Positions 1 through 12,337 of a stretch of 64,000 nucleotides of DNA are shown piece after piece. Numbering within the stretch: position 1 is the first letter of the stretch; every line of letters starts with the position of its first letter. The notes under the pieces were generated by a model, which saw only the letters and a program-made list of their open reading frames with translations, was not told where the DNA came from and ran no database searches. A program made the position numbers and the translations under genes. The stretch lies in NCBI GenBank assembly GCA_003971905.1, contig RSEE01000120.1, forward strand, positions 124,001 through 188,000, in the 5' to 3' direction. This DNA comes from Moniliella sp. 'wahieum' (Eukaryota).

Positions 1-536
1 TGCGAGGTAGCAAAGACTCGACGCCTCGGCTCCTCTCCCTCGGTTCAATGTCATCGCTCGTATCCCCGACGCTCGTCTGCTCGCCATGTATACATGGGTG
101 TGGGGCACTCGCAGAGACACACGAGGTGCTTGGGTATCGGGAACGAGGCGATTTAGCACTCAGTGTCCTCGGTCCCGGTCATCAAAGCTTCTTCACGTCA
201 TCCTCCTCCCAGTACATCTCGTCGACGAGGTAAAGGGCAGTGCCGTGGTTGCTAACGGCATGCTTCAGCAGCTTGTGGACAATGCTTTCGGCTAAGCATG
301 TTTCCAACCGGCATACCATGCGGCGGCCGCATCTGCTCTCCCAACACCTATACACCTAGTGGGCAGACAACGCCGGCAGTACCGACAGCGGCGTGCACGC
401 CCCCTCCTTCACCTATTATTAGGACGAATGATTGCTACTTAAACCCCCCATCTGGTCGGACCCTCATTTTCCCCTCACCACCCCACTTCCCCCCCTCTGC
501 TCTCTCTCCTACCCGCCCACGCTGTGCATTCATATC

Positions 537-1902
537 ATGCAGCTCACTGCCAACTTCTCGCCCTTTCGGCTGTTCTTGGCGCGCTGGCCGTGTTCGCTCA
601 GCCCACCTCCCCCATGGGGCAGGAAGTCGCGATGAAGCGCGGCCCTCGTGGCAACCTTCTTGACTCGAACGGTCATGTGTCGTACGAGAAGATCGCCAAG
701 GAGGTCGACCATCTGCGGTCCAAGTATGTCCGCAACATGAAGAACTACGAGGCCAACACCGGCTCCAAGCATGCTATGGACGCTCTCCATCTGCTCTCCC
801 CTGCCCAGCGTCGCGGCACCGGCACCGTGTCTCTCACTGACACGCAGAACCAGGAGCTGTGGGTCGGTAACATTGGCTTCGGCACGCCCGTGCAGCAGAT
901 TCCCATTGGTATGTTCTTTTCCTGTTCTTTCTTTTTTCTGGGTGTTTACTAACTTTGCAATTGAGCGCTACAGACTTTGACACGGGTTCGTCTGACACGC
1001 TCGTCAACCCGTCCGCTACACACCGTCCAAGTCGAGCACCTCGAAGGACACTCATACCACCTTCCAGGACTCGTACGGCGACGGCACCACGGCCTCGGGC
1101 GAGGTCTACTCTGACAAGCTTAGCATCGGTGGTCTGACCGCGAACACGGCGTACATTGGCCTCTCGCAACAGCAGTTCATCAAGAACGAGGGTACGAGCC
1201 AAGGCATCAGCGGTATGGCCTTCCCCTCCCTGGCCTCCTTCCAACAACATGAACCCTACTTCTTCTCTCTCATCAAGGCCAACGCTGTGGATGCCAAGGC
1301 GTTCCAGATGAAGCTTCGCAAGCAGGGTTCCACCCTCACTCTGGGATCGGCCAGCCAGGGCGCTAGCTACACTCCTGTCACCGATGCCGCTTACTGGTCT
1401 GTCTCGGGGTCGATCAGCCACGGCGGTTCGTCGCATAACTCTACCTCGCCTTCTACTTCCCGCAAGACCCGTCGCCAGTTTGGTTCAGGCTCGGGCTCGT
1501 ATGGCAGTGGTTCGGGCTCGACTGGTGCTGGATCCGGCTCCGCAGGCTCTGGCAAAGGCAGCCAGGTTAACGGCATCATTGACTCTGGCACGACTCTGAT
1601 TGTTGCGCCTACGAGCGATGCCCAGGCGCTGTTCTCCGCCATGGGCTCAAGACGTCGAACCAGCAGGGCCAATGACTGCGACCTACCCCTGCTCGCAGCA
1701 GCCTGATGTGAGCTTCACCTTTGGCGGTAAGACCATCCCTCTGGGCGACACCACTTCGTTTGGCACCGCTTCCGACGGCTCGTGCGTGTTCGCCGTGGTG
1801 GGTGCAGATGTTGGCAGCGCTGGCTGGATTGTGGGTGACCCGCTCTTCCAACAGACCACAGTCACCTTTGATGTTGGTGGCAAGCGCGTTGGCTTCAACT
1901 AA
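537..1902 (+). CDS. Secreted pepsin-like (A1) aspartic protease
   Basis: Signal-like LLALSAVLGALAVFA, propeptide ending QRR, then WVGNIGFGTPVQ. Intron 909-973 (GTATGT..ACAG). Both catalytic motifs DFDTGSSD and IIDSGTT, and C-terminal WIVGDPLFQQTTVTFDVGGKRVGFN. Several 1-nt frameshifts. Confidence 0.93.
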
Positions 1903-2898
1903 GCACAACCCTCTCCCTTCCAAAAGAGGGGGGTGATCAATGATCGACTCCTACAGGCTGAACCCCTCCCCCTCTTTTATCTCTTGTTCTCTTTCCTTCC
2001 ACCTTGCTTATCAGGCTCCTACTACGACAACCTATTCATGTGGTTGTTTTTACTGCGGGCTCAAATATATTCTTTTGCCCTCCCTCACATATACTAATCA
2101 TGCACACTCTAGCTTGAGACCAGCTTGACCGCAGCTCTTCTTTTTCATGACTCCTCCGCGCGCAACTATTGCCAGCACAAAAGGAAACGTACTATACACC
2201 GGTAATATATATCCAAATCACAGCTCTTTCAGAGCATATTGGAGAACCATTTTGAGAAGCCTGGCCCGTCATCATGACGAGAGTTATCAGCACAAAATTT
2301 GGAGGCGAAAGGATGTGGAAGGGGACCCATTTCCCTACTCAAGTTCGGCACACGCTACTTGGGTGTCGACCCAAATGAGTATGATGAGATACAAGAGCGA
2401 AGAGTTTTTTTCAAGGCGCGTCGCACATCACATAGTAGTACTAGCGGGGGGAGAAAATATATACGAACAAAGAGTTTGTTATTCCAGTCAGACAGAGGGA
2501 GGCTCACTCAGGTAATTCAGGCTGCGGATGTGGATGCATGGCCCTGAATCAGATGGTTGCTCGATGACTACTACAAAGACCCGGCAAGCGAGTTGTTTGG
2601 GGCGAAGGAACTCGAAATGGCAATGCCACTGGGTCGATTCACGAGTGCGCTTATAGTGTGACATGGATCTGACATTGCAGGCGTGAGTGGACCGTAATAG
2701 GGTTGCGCACAGCTGCGCTGTAGGCTGGCTGTGGGGCAGGAGGCGGCAGAGGGGCAGTGTGTGGGGCGGAGTCTGTGCCCCTGCCGCACTAGCAGTCGGC
2801 GCTAAGCATTTGGCGCTGCCCCCCACGCCTCTCCATCCCCGCCCAGTGCCCACCGCCACCACCTCCAGCCTGCGACCATCGACGATCGACCATTGGCC

Positions 2899-5067
2899 AT
2901 GACCAGTCTTGCCCAGCGACACGCCACCCCCCTGCCGCCTCTCCCCGCTGCCGCGCTTCTCCCCGTTGCATCCTCCACCGTCCTGTCCTCCCTCTGCCTC
3001 TACCTCCGCTGAGGACCGCTTCCGCTTCCACCTCGCGCTCGAACTCCGCCGCCACGGCATCGAACCCACCCCGGCGCTTGTCGAGACAGCTCTGCGCACC
3101 CACGCCGCAAGCTTGGTACATAGCCCCCACTCGACCCCCCAGCAGTCCCCTCGACAAATCAGGTCCCAAAGCTACGCCTTTGTCCCAGCCCGACGAGAAG
3201 GCACCGCTGCCACTGTCTCAGCCGGCGTTGGCCAACCCCAGCCCCGATACCATCACCGCAGCCCGCTCCCACCCCTTCTTGAATGGTCACCATCCCCAAT
3301 AGTCCTTTTCTTCCTGACTTGGGCGAGAGTCAAACGGACTTCGAGGCGGCATGGACAATGGGCTGGGTCCAACATCTTCCATTCTTCATTTGATCCCCTT
3401 TCCAGCAGGTCCTCCTCGTTCCAACCCGAGCCTGAATCGAGTCTTAATGCGGATGAAGTGGCAGAACAGCCCAATCCTCCGCCATACAACATTTCATTCC
3501 GTTACCCCCAAGACAGAAGACACAACGATGGAGGATATGGCTTCCCGCCAGTTTTAGGTTCTACCAGGAACGTGACTCAAATGACTTTTGCCACAGGCCC
3601 GGAACCCATGTCGATCGACCCTCAACTGATTCAGATGAGCTTGGAGGAGCAAATCAATTTGGAATTACAGGTGCTTCAAGCGCTCCGGGAACAGACGATG
3701 CACGCAGAATGCAGCCAACTACACGGCACCTGCCCCAGGTAATTCGACTTCCTCCTCTCACTTCAACCCCCTCTGTGACCATGAATACCGAGACGAAAGT
3801 TGGTCCAGACAATCGTTCCACCCTCATTCCTTCTCGCCCTGGTCGAGACACGTCTGCTACCAATATGACTTCCCCTGGTATGAGAGGAATCCCGCCATCG
3901 ATGGCCGCTTTGTCGGCTATAGACCGACCGAGTGCGGAAGAATACAAGGCCATGTCATCCAAGGAAAAGCGGCAGCTACGCACAAGATTTCTGCTCGCAA
4001 CTTCCGTGAGCGAAGAAAGGAGTACATTACTCACCTTGAAGATATTCTTGCAGCGGGACGCGGCAATTCAGCAGTTCCAGTCAATCAATGCTTCGTTGGT
4101 AGACGAAACCAGACACTGAAGGCGTTGCTAGTTCGGCACAATGTCGATCCTTCCTCTTTGTTGCCTGATACTCTTCGTACCTTATCATTGTCCCATTCTG
4201 GCCCGCTATCTACGGTGCCTTCCGTCACCAACACGGACTGCGTGCCCGTCACGCCCTCTCAACACCTTGACCCGGCGACGCCTGCTAACAGGCAGTATGA
4301 TGTGGTCAAGATTCTGGAGTTACTGCGCCGTACGCAGGAAGCGTCCAGTAACACAGCTAGCGTGTTGGAACCGCGCCGCTTGTCACGTCAATTATCGGCA
4401 ATGCAGACGGCGACCTTGTCTCAAGCTACAACAACCACTCCCCCCCTTCCCACCCTCAACATCCCCACCTTGAGTTCCACTCCCTTCAATGCGTCTCCGC
4501 TTGCTGGAGGAGCTCCTTGCCTCGCTGGTCCGACCCCATGGCCAGCCTCAGGAAGGATATGACCTATCCTTCTTCTCCACGTGCCCTCACCCGTGGAACC
4601 CAACCTTTTTTTACCTCTTCCCAGGGCTCTTTCACCACCCCCAGCATGCAGGTACATTCCATGTTTGCCCCACCGTTACCGTCCGGGCCATTCGTCTTGA
4701 CCAGGAAGCACAAACCCGACATCCTTGCCTCCTTGATCAGACCTTTGATCATCAAGTCACTCTTGCTCGGCGACAGGCGGGGAAAATGTCCGAGGCCCAT
4801 GCCCGGTCTGTTGCCTGCCACGCGGCAGCAGAGTGCATTGCAGATGCGATGGCCTGCCAAGAAGAGGGGAGGAAGAGGGTTTGCCGTCGTATGCCCAGGC
4901 TCTGCGTTCACCCTTGTACAAGTAACCCCATCGCATGTTCTCACCCCCCACACCTCTCTCTCAGCTGTTCACCTTGTGGGAGTAAGGCCTATATACTGAT
5001 TTTTATGTGTCTTGTACTTTTGTATCCCGTCTCGTCTTTTCGCGCTCTACTTTTGAGCTTTCCTTGA
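2899..5067 (+). CDS. Fungal bZIP transcription factor (both ends uncertain)
   Basis: At ~3920-4140, across a frameshift: RPSAEEYKAMSSKEKRQLR/KISARNFRERRKEYITHLED, a basic region plus zipper start typical of a fungal bZIP subfamily. Flanks are Ser/Pro-rich. The start could be ATG 2899 or 3351. Confidence 0.75.
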
Positions 5068-5434
5068 GCACCATAATTTTGGCTCCGTCTATAGTAGTCT
5101 TGCCTAATGGTTGTTTCTTGTCACTAAAACAACCTTGGCTCTAACCGAATACATGTCAGTAGACTCTAGTACCTCAAGGAAATATGGCGGCTGCTACCTG
5201 AATGCCAACCAGTGACTTCACTGCAAGTCGCATGTCTGCTCTGGTTCTATGTGGGTACCGAGACCTCTAGCTGCGCAACGCCCGACCAGGACAAGTCCAT
5301 TTGTGAGATTATAGTTCAAGGAACCCGACAAAGTGGTGGATTTCAATGAGACCAGCGTACATCGCAGAACAGGGCGCAGGGGGAGGAACAGGCAGCAGAC
5401 ACCTAGGGAAACGGTAACAGGTAACAAAAGGGAA

Positions 5435-8400
5435 TTAGACGGTGACCTTATGGGCGATCGCCATGGCCTGGTCGTCCGAGTGGGAGATGGAAACGATAAA
5501 CTTGACCTTGTCACCAGCGGCCTTGAGTGCTTCGCCATACAGTTTGACCTGGGGGGCAGGCCTTGGGTCGAAACGATCTCAATTTCGGCCATGGCTGCCG
5601 CCGCGCCCTTGGACGCCGTTCCAATCGCCTTGAACACGGCTTCCTTGGCGCAAAAGTGGCCCGTGAACGAAGCGCGAGCATCAGGCTGAGCGCGGCAGTA
5701 AGCCAACTCGGCGGGGGTAAAGTTGCGCCGGAGGAAAGCATCATTGTCAACGGGGAACGTGCTCGTCTTCTCCACGTCAATCCCGACGCCTTGCACACCT
5801 CCAATCATACCGGCCAGCTGGGCCTCTTGCGCCTGAGCCTCCGGTGCCTTGGGCACCTCGGCTTCCACCGCCACAGGCTGGGCAGGCTTCTCGTTTCGGG
5901 CGCCGGAGCCAAGGGGCGCTGGAAAACAAAGGTGCCATCGGCCTGTTCGGTGGCCCGGGCGTTGGGGTTGAGCAGCACTTCATCTTCCAGGTCTGCAGGG
6001 TAAGGAGGGTGGTCCTCAACCCGACCAGGTCGTTCTTGGTGAGCATGCCATGCATACGCACATACGTCTTGCCCAGCCGGCGACGACGCAGGCGATTGTA
6101 CTCGGCAAATTGCTCGTCCGACAGACGGCCTAGGAGATGAGCCGGGTGAAGGAAGAGCGCAATGCCGCCCACTTGGCCAAAGCCAAACGAAGTGACCAGA
6201 CCAGCGTGGAGGTCCTGCATCGTACGCTGAATCGAAGTGGAGTTGTAGAGCAAGTAGCGGTACTTTTGCAGTTCAGGGGAAATGTCATCCGCGTTGCGGT
6301 TGCCCGTCACTGTGGAGTACAAAAGCGACTGCATCACCCCGTTTGATGCCCACGCGGCCGCACCACCCTTGGCGTGACCAAGGATCCACTTCTGTGCCAT
6401 CACAGGTACCGCCAGACCGGGGGTACGGCCCATGCGCTCAAAGAGGGAGTTGTACACGTGCGACTCGTTCTTGTCGTTGGCCACGGTCGATGTGCCGTGC
6501 ATGGAAATGACACCCACATCGTCAGCAGTGAGCCCCCACGAGGCGAGCGCCTTCTGCAGGGGAACTGCGGACGCCATGACACCGTGGCCGGGCGCTGGAA
6601 CGGAGCGGCCTTGCTTGTCGGTGTGCGTCGAGGTGTAGGCCACAATACTCTGGATGGGACACCCCATCTTGAGCGCCTGGCGGGCGGTCATGAGGATCTG
6701 CACACCAGCACCCTGAGATTCCATGAACCCATTACGGCTCCGAGCCGTCGGGCGCGACATTTCCGATGGTTCACGACCAGCAGCCAGTTCCTCAACAGCG
6801 TTCGAGGTGGCACCCATGTTGGCAAACTCGTACGAACCTTCCTCGCAAAGGTCGTCCAAGCCACCAGCAATCATAACCTTGGCTTTGCCCGAGAGAATGG
6901 TCTCGGCTGCAATCTCAACCGACTGGAGACCAGTAGCACATGCACCGACAGGGATCTTGACGGGGCCCGAGGCGGAGAGGATCAGCAAGTTGCAACCAAC
7001 CGGCGATGGTGTTGATGAACGTCTCTTGAAGACATCTTTGTTCACCTCCGACTCTTGCCGGCGATCGACAAACATCTTGTGGAGAGAACTCATACCACCC
7101 ATACCGGAGCCGAGCGAGGTACCAACCTCAGACGGATGCACATACTTGTACAGCTCGTACGCGCTGGCGCCCAAGCCCGACATGACCAGCGCTTCCGACA
7201 AACAGACCAAGGCCCAGAGCGTGATGCGGTCCACATTGTTGGCAATGTCGTCGGGAATACCGTAGCGCTGAGCGTTCCATCCCGTGGGCAGCTGGCCCGC
7301 CACAAGGCGGTTGAAGGAGATGGCTTTGGGCACCATGATGCGAGCCCCACGCTTGAGCATCACAAACCACACGTCGTCCTCTTGCCATGCATCCGCCTTG
7401 TCGCCGTGCTCACGCTTGAATTTAGTCGCCTCCTCGGCCGAGACCTCAAGAGGCTCAAGGTCATGGGTAATCTCAACCTCTTGAATAAACTCCTTCTTGG
7501 TTGGGTCGTAGCCACTGAGCATCTCGGGTTCGATCATTCGGACACCCGTGTGAGCAAGAATGTCCTTTTCATAAAGTGTCTTGACATCCTTGTCCTCCAC
7601 CGGCTCGCCCGATTTGGCGTCGACCCATCCCACGTAGGGACCATTGGCGCCTGCCGCACCTGCGAGGGGACCATTGTGGTGCTTGATCAAGCCCATGATC
7701 CAAGCCATCTCAATCGCACCCTCCATGGTAAACTCGCCGTGCGCCTCCATTTCCCAGCGGGTACGAGAAGAGCCCCAGGGCCCACCTCGGCAAAGCCAGT
7801 GCAGACCACAATCTTGTCCAGCTCATCGTCCGTTACCGGCTGGCCTGCAAGGCGGGCGAGCTGGATGAGTTCCTTGCGCGGAGGGAGGGGGGGCGGAGCA
7901 AAGCGGAAGTTTGCACGAGGCTGAACATAAACCTTTGGTGCAGCTTCTCCGCCGCGGCGCCACGGATCACCACGAAGTCCGCCGAGGCATCCAAGTTGAC
8001 CATCCGCTTGCACATCCATCCTGCAGACCCTGGCGCAGAGAAGCCGACTTCTCAGCCAGGTTGGGCAGCCGATCAAATCCACCGCCCAAATCCGCAAACA
8101 GAGGCTCCACCTGTGAGATGGACGAGAGGACGGGGTGCAAAAGACCAAGAAGGTTGAATGCCATCTCAACGGGGCTGAACGTTCGCATTCCCAGGTTTTC
8201 CAACGCCTGGGCGATGATGTTGCTCTGCTCCATCAGGCCCGTGCCACGGACCCAGCCAATGCAGGCACCCGTGATTGAGAGGTAGTCAGACCAACCCTCG
8301 GAGGCCCAACGGTTGGCGAGCGTCTCGAGACCAATCTTGGATTCCGAGTAAAGACCGTCGGAGCCAAACAGACCGTGGTTAGGCGACAGCGGCAAGATGA

Positions 8401-9663
8401 CGCTGGTCGGGCGCGAATCAAACCCGTTGGCCGCCTTTTTGGCCTTGATCGCACCGAGGAGACGGATCACGTTGGTCATCATCAAACGATGGGCCAACTC
8501 CGACTTGTCGCCGATATTGTCAATGGGCATGCCCTGTTCCGAGATGGCGGCACCAGCGTAGACGAAGTCCAAGTCAAGGCCCATCGTGTCGTAAATGTAG
8601 TCAGCCAGGCTCTGCACGTCCTGCTTGGACGAGCCATTAAAGGGGAGAATCGTGAGCGAAGAACCACGGGAGCCGACTTCAGTGAAGATTTTTTTTGGTA
8701 AAATTCACACGTCTTGCGGCTGTACGACGAGGTGGTGATGACCACCTTGGCGCCCCCGGCCAAAAGACCCTTTACCATCTCCAATCCGATAGAGCCACGG
8801 CCAACACCGGTGAGCTACCAATCCAAAAAGAAACAATCACATGTCAGTTCACCTTTCGTCTGGCGGGGGAAGGAGGAAACGTACCAGGGCGTTCTTGTTC
8901 TCGAATGTGAGACCTTCGCGCGCCATCTCGTCCAACAAGGAGAAGTATACGCTGGTCAGCTTGGCCGAAGGCTGCCATTTGCCGGCAACTTTGCGTTGGA
9001 TGGTGAGGAAAGATTGGCGGCCTTCAGGCAAAGGCGCATCGACAAGGGCACCGGGAGCTGGACCGGCAGTTGCAACCGTGTCGGATGGACGGCGGGATCG
9101 ATGCGAGGTGGCAAAGCGCTTGGACTGGGGCGGGTGCCCCAGAGAACGGATGGTTTCATTGTACAGACTCTTGATGGTAGCCTTGCCCAGCTTGCTGACG
9201 GAAGGCTCGTTGCGGATCAGCGACCATAGCTTGGTAATGTTCTCGTGCGCCCGCTCCGTGTTGAGTTGGGCGGCGACGGTGCCGGCAGTGCGGGTGCCAG
9301 TCTCCATCTCCTTGACGTAGGCCTCGAGTTTGCGCACACCTTGGCGCTTGACTTCGCGGTAGATAATGTTCCCCTTGGCGTCAATCTCGGTGCAGGGGGC
9401 GGTGGGTGCGTAGACCTCCTTCCAGAGCGGGGCCTGGGCGGTGGCGACGGCCTCCTTGCAGTTGGCAACCAGCTCGGCGCCAAAGTAGTCCAGCAGCTCA
9501 TACGTCGGGCCTTGGCCAGGGCTGATGGTGCTGAGCTGGGCCTGCATGAACTGGACCAGGTCGGGGTCGGAGCGGTTGATGATGGAGATGCACTTTGCGG
9601 TGAGCTCGCGGGAGGGCGCTCGACGGACCGTCGTGCCATGACGCCAGCAGCGGAGGAGGACAT
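5435..9663 (-). CDS. FAS2: Fungal type-I fatty acid synthase chain containing only KR-KS-PPT (alpha-like, no MPT or ACP)
   Basis: [14 protein letters not shown] (spliced across intron 8815-8884) and [80 protein letters not shown] at 5435-5437. Candidate start gccATG at 9663. About 1380 aa after fixing frameshifts. Confidence 0.93.
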
Positions 9664-10313
9664 GGCGGGCGGGGGGGGGGGGGGGGGGGGGAAGGGTGGT
9701 GGTGGTGGTGGTGGCAGTGGTGGCACGCACGAGGGTTATCAGTGCGGACGAGGCGGTGCGAGGGGTTGGGGCGCGGGTGCGCTGGGGGCCCAACGCGGCG
9801 GCGGACGGAGCGGCGGGGCTGGCGAGATGGTTATGATTTTTGATTTACAAACGACGGTGTGGATTGGGATTGGGGGGCGCCAAACTGTTGGGAGCCAGTG
9901 TGGCCCGGCCGCTCCTCGCGCCTGAGACACACCCGCCGCCGCACGGCGCCTCTGCCCGGCGGCAGCTCCAGCCGCCTCTACGCAGCACCCACTAGTGCCC
10001 TGCCGCCATGTCCGCCGCATCGCACCCGCGGGAGCGCCAAGCCGCTCGGCTGGGTTGGTGTTGAGGCCCAGGGGCGTCTTCCCTTGAGCACCATCCCTCG
10101 CCTCGTCCTTCTCGCCTCGCCTCGCCACGCGCCGCGTTTTCGCTGGGGCACACCCGAGTTTCCCGGAGTGCCCTCCATCCATCCAGCAGCCGCCCCCAGC
10201 CATTACCTAATGCACCGGGGTTTAAAGTTGAAATGCCCCCCGCAGCCTCAGCACACCAGCTCCCCAGTCGACAAGAAACAAGCACCCGCAGGGCGCCAGT
10301 GAAAAGTCTCCAA

Positions 10314-10340
10314 GTCACATGACCAGTTGTCACATGTCAC
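10314..10340. promoter_or_regulatory. Twin E-box-like TCACATG elements in the FAS/ELO divergent promoter
   Basis: GTCACATGAC at 10314-10323 and GTCACATGTCAC at 10329-10340, between two divergently transcribed lipid genes. Confidence 0.45.
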
Positions 10341-10583
10341 TGGTGCGGAGGCTCAGCGCAGCGCATCTGCCACATCCATGCGGCCTTCCTTTGCCCCTGC
10401 TCCCACCGGCGTTCGTTACGCATCACCTTACCCTTTCTTGTCCCTCGTTTACCCATCCTCCCCTTCCCCCGTTCCTCCGCGCCCCCGCCCCGCTTCGCCT
10501 CGTCCCTTCCCGCTCCTCCCATCCTCCTCCCCTCCCTCTCCATCCTCCTTGCTCTCAAGACAATACCCAAATCACCTCTGCCC

Positions 10584-11461
10584 ATGCCCTCGACACCCGT
10601 GTACGATGCCGTGGTTGCCGCCATCCCGGCCAGCGTGCGCGCCCAGGCGCCCCTCTCCCTGATCGAGTGGACGCCCAATGAGACGCCCATCTCCTCGGTT
10701 GCTTCAGTTGTGACCGCGGCTGTACTCTATCTCAGCACCATCTTTGGCCTCCAGGCGGTTATGCGGTCCCGCCCCGCCGCCGGCAAGGGCCGCGTCTTCA
10801 AGGCTCTCTTCCTCATTCACAACATCCTTCTCACCCTTGGCAGCGGCCTGCTACTTGCTCTCATCCTCGAGGACGTTTGGCCTATCTATCGCCGCGGTGG
10901 CTCTTCTACGCGGTGTGCTCCCCCAAGGCCTGGACACCTCATCTGGAGACGTATTATATCATCAAACTACTTTAAGTACTGGGAACTCGCAGACACCGTG
11001 TTCCTCGTGCTCAAAAAGAAGCAACTCCAGTTCCTCCATGTTTCACCACGCTGCCACGGCGGCGCTGTGCTGGAGCCAGCTGATGGGCAAGACGAGTGTG
11101 TCGTGGGTGGTGATTGCCCTCAACCTGACGGTGCACGTTATGATGTACCTACTATGCCCTCTCCACCCTCCGCATCCCTTGCCCGTGGAAGAAGGCGGTA
11201 ACTGTGTCGCAAATTTCCCAATTCTTTCTCGACCTCTTCTTCGTCTACGGTTGCACCTACACCTTTTACGCCAACAAGTACTTCAACTCCATCCTGCCCA
11301 ACCTTGGCTCCTGCAGCGGTGCCCCCGAAGCAGCGTGGGCGGGTTGCTCGATCCTGTCTTCCTACCTTGTTCTCTTCATCGCATTCTACCGCAAGACGTA
11401 CAAGAAAGCCGGCCCCAAGCCTGTGGCTGCCAAGGCCAACGGGGTGACCCTCACACAGTAA
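10584..11461 (+). CDS. ELO: GNS1/SUR4 (ELO) fatty acid elongase
   Basis: [38 protein letters not shown] (HxxHH box across a frameshift), [33 protein letters not shown]. Multiple hydrophobic segments. Confidence 0.93.
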
Positions 11462-12337
11462 AGTGAGGTTTAAATGCGCCCACAGTCGAACCGACCAATT
11501 GATTCGCGCGCTCAAAGCTCAATATGAAGTTCAGTTGCGTGATCGTTGGACTACGCTCCTCTACTCCGGCCACTTCACTTGTGACATATGTGAGCACAGA
11601 CCCCCTCCCCCTCGCATTTCTCGTTAATTCCTCTTTTTCATATCTCATCTTAGCGACTGTAACTCATGTAACTTCTTCGGGCCGGCTCTTGTCGCCCCCC
11701 CCCCCCTTGGTCCTAAACTGATGCATGGGGTCAAGACGACACCATAATATTGACTCTCACACTGATGGTCAGGCCGGTCACCGCCGCTGGAGATAGCATG
11801 GTCAAGTGACACAGTAAATGGTACGGCGTCAGTTGTCATGAGGCCTGAGGCTCAGGCCCATGAGGGGGGTAGAAGAAAGGGATTTAGTGACTTGCGCGAT
11901 TTTCTGGCTCGGTGTCTCAGACTTTCACGCCCTACCTCAGGCCGGCCTCAGGCCTCAGGGGGGTTGAGCGCGAGGTTGAGCTGGTGTAGGCTGGGTGTCC
12001 GATGTGGCTGGGCAGGGCTGGTGGAACATGGTGTTACAGGAAGGATATGCCGGAATGCGAAGGGGGAGGGGCAACCACATGTTTGCCATTGTGTTTGGCC
12101 CAGCCAGCCCAGACTAGCCTCCCGCTGGCGCCGTGGCCGATCTGCGCATCCTGTCCGCCGGGTCACAAGAGGCATGGCGCCAGTGTCGATATGATGAGCG
12201 CACGCAATCTCCGGGTGCTATCTCGGACTTAGTAATGGCCACGCCGTCTTTCCTAGTCGGTATAAAGTCCCAGCCGTCCCCTGTGTCCCTCGTCCTCTCC
12301 CCCCTCCCCCCCCCCCCCCCCCCATACACGCCGTCGA

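Noticed and set aside
2206..2697. Frame open for ~164 codons if TGA is read as Trp (possible mitochondrial or mitoviral insert)
   Set aside because: No recognisable protein motif, and the open length is not clearly beyond chance.
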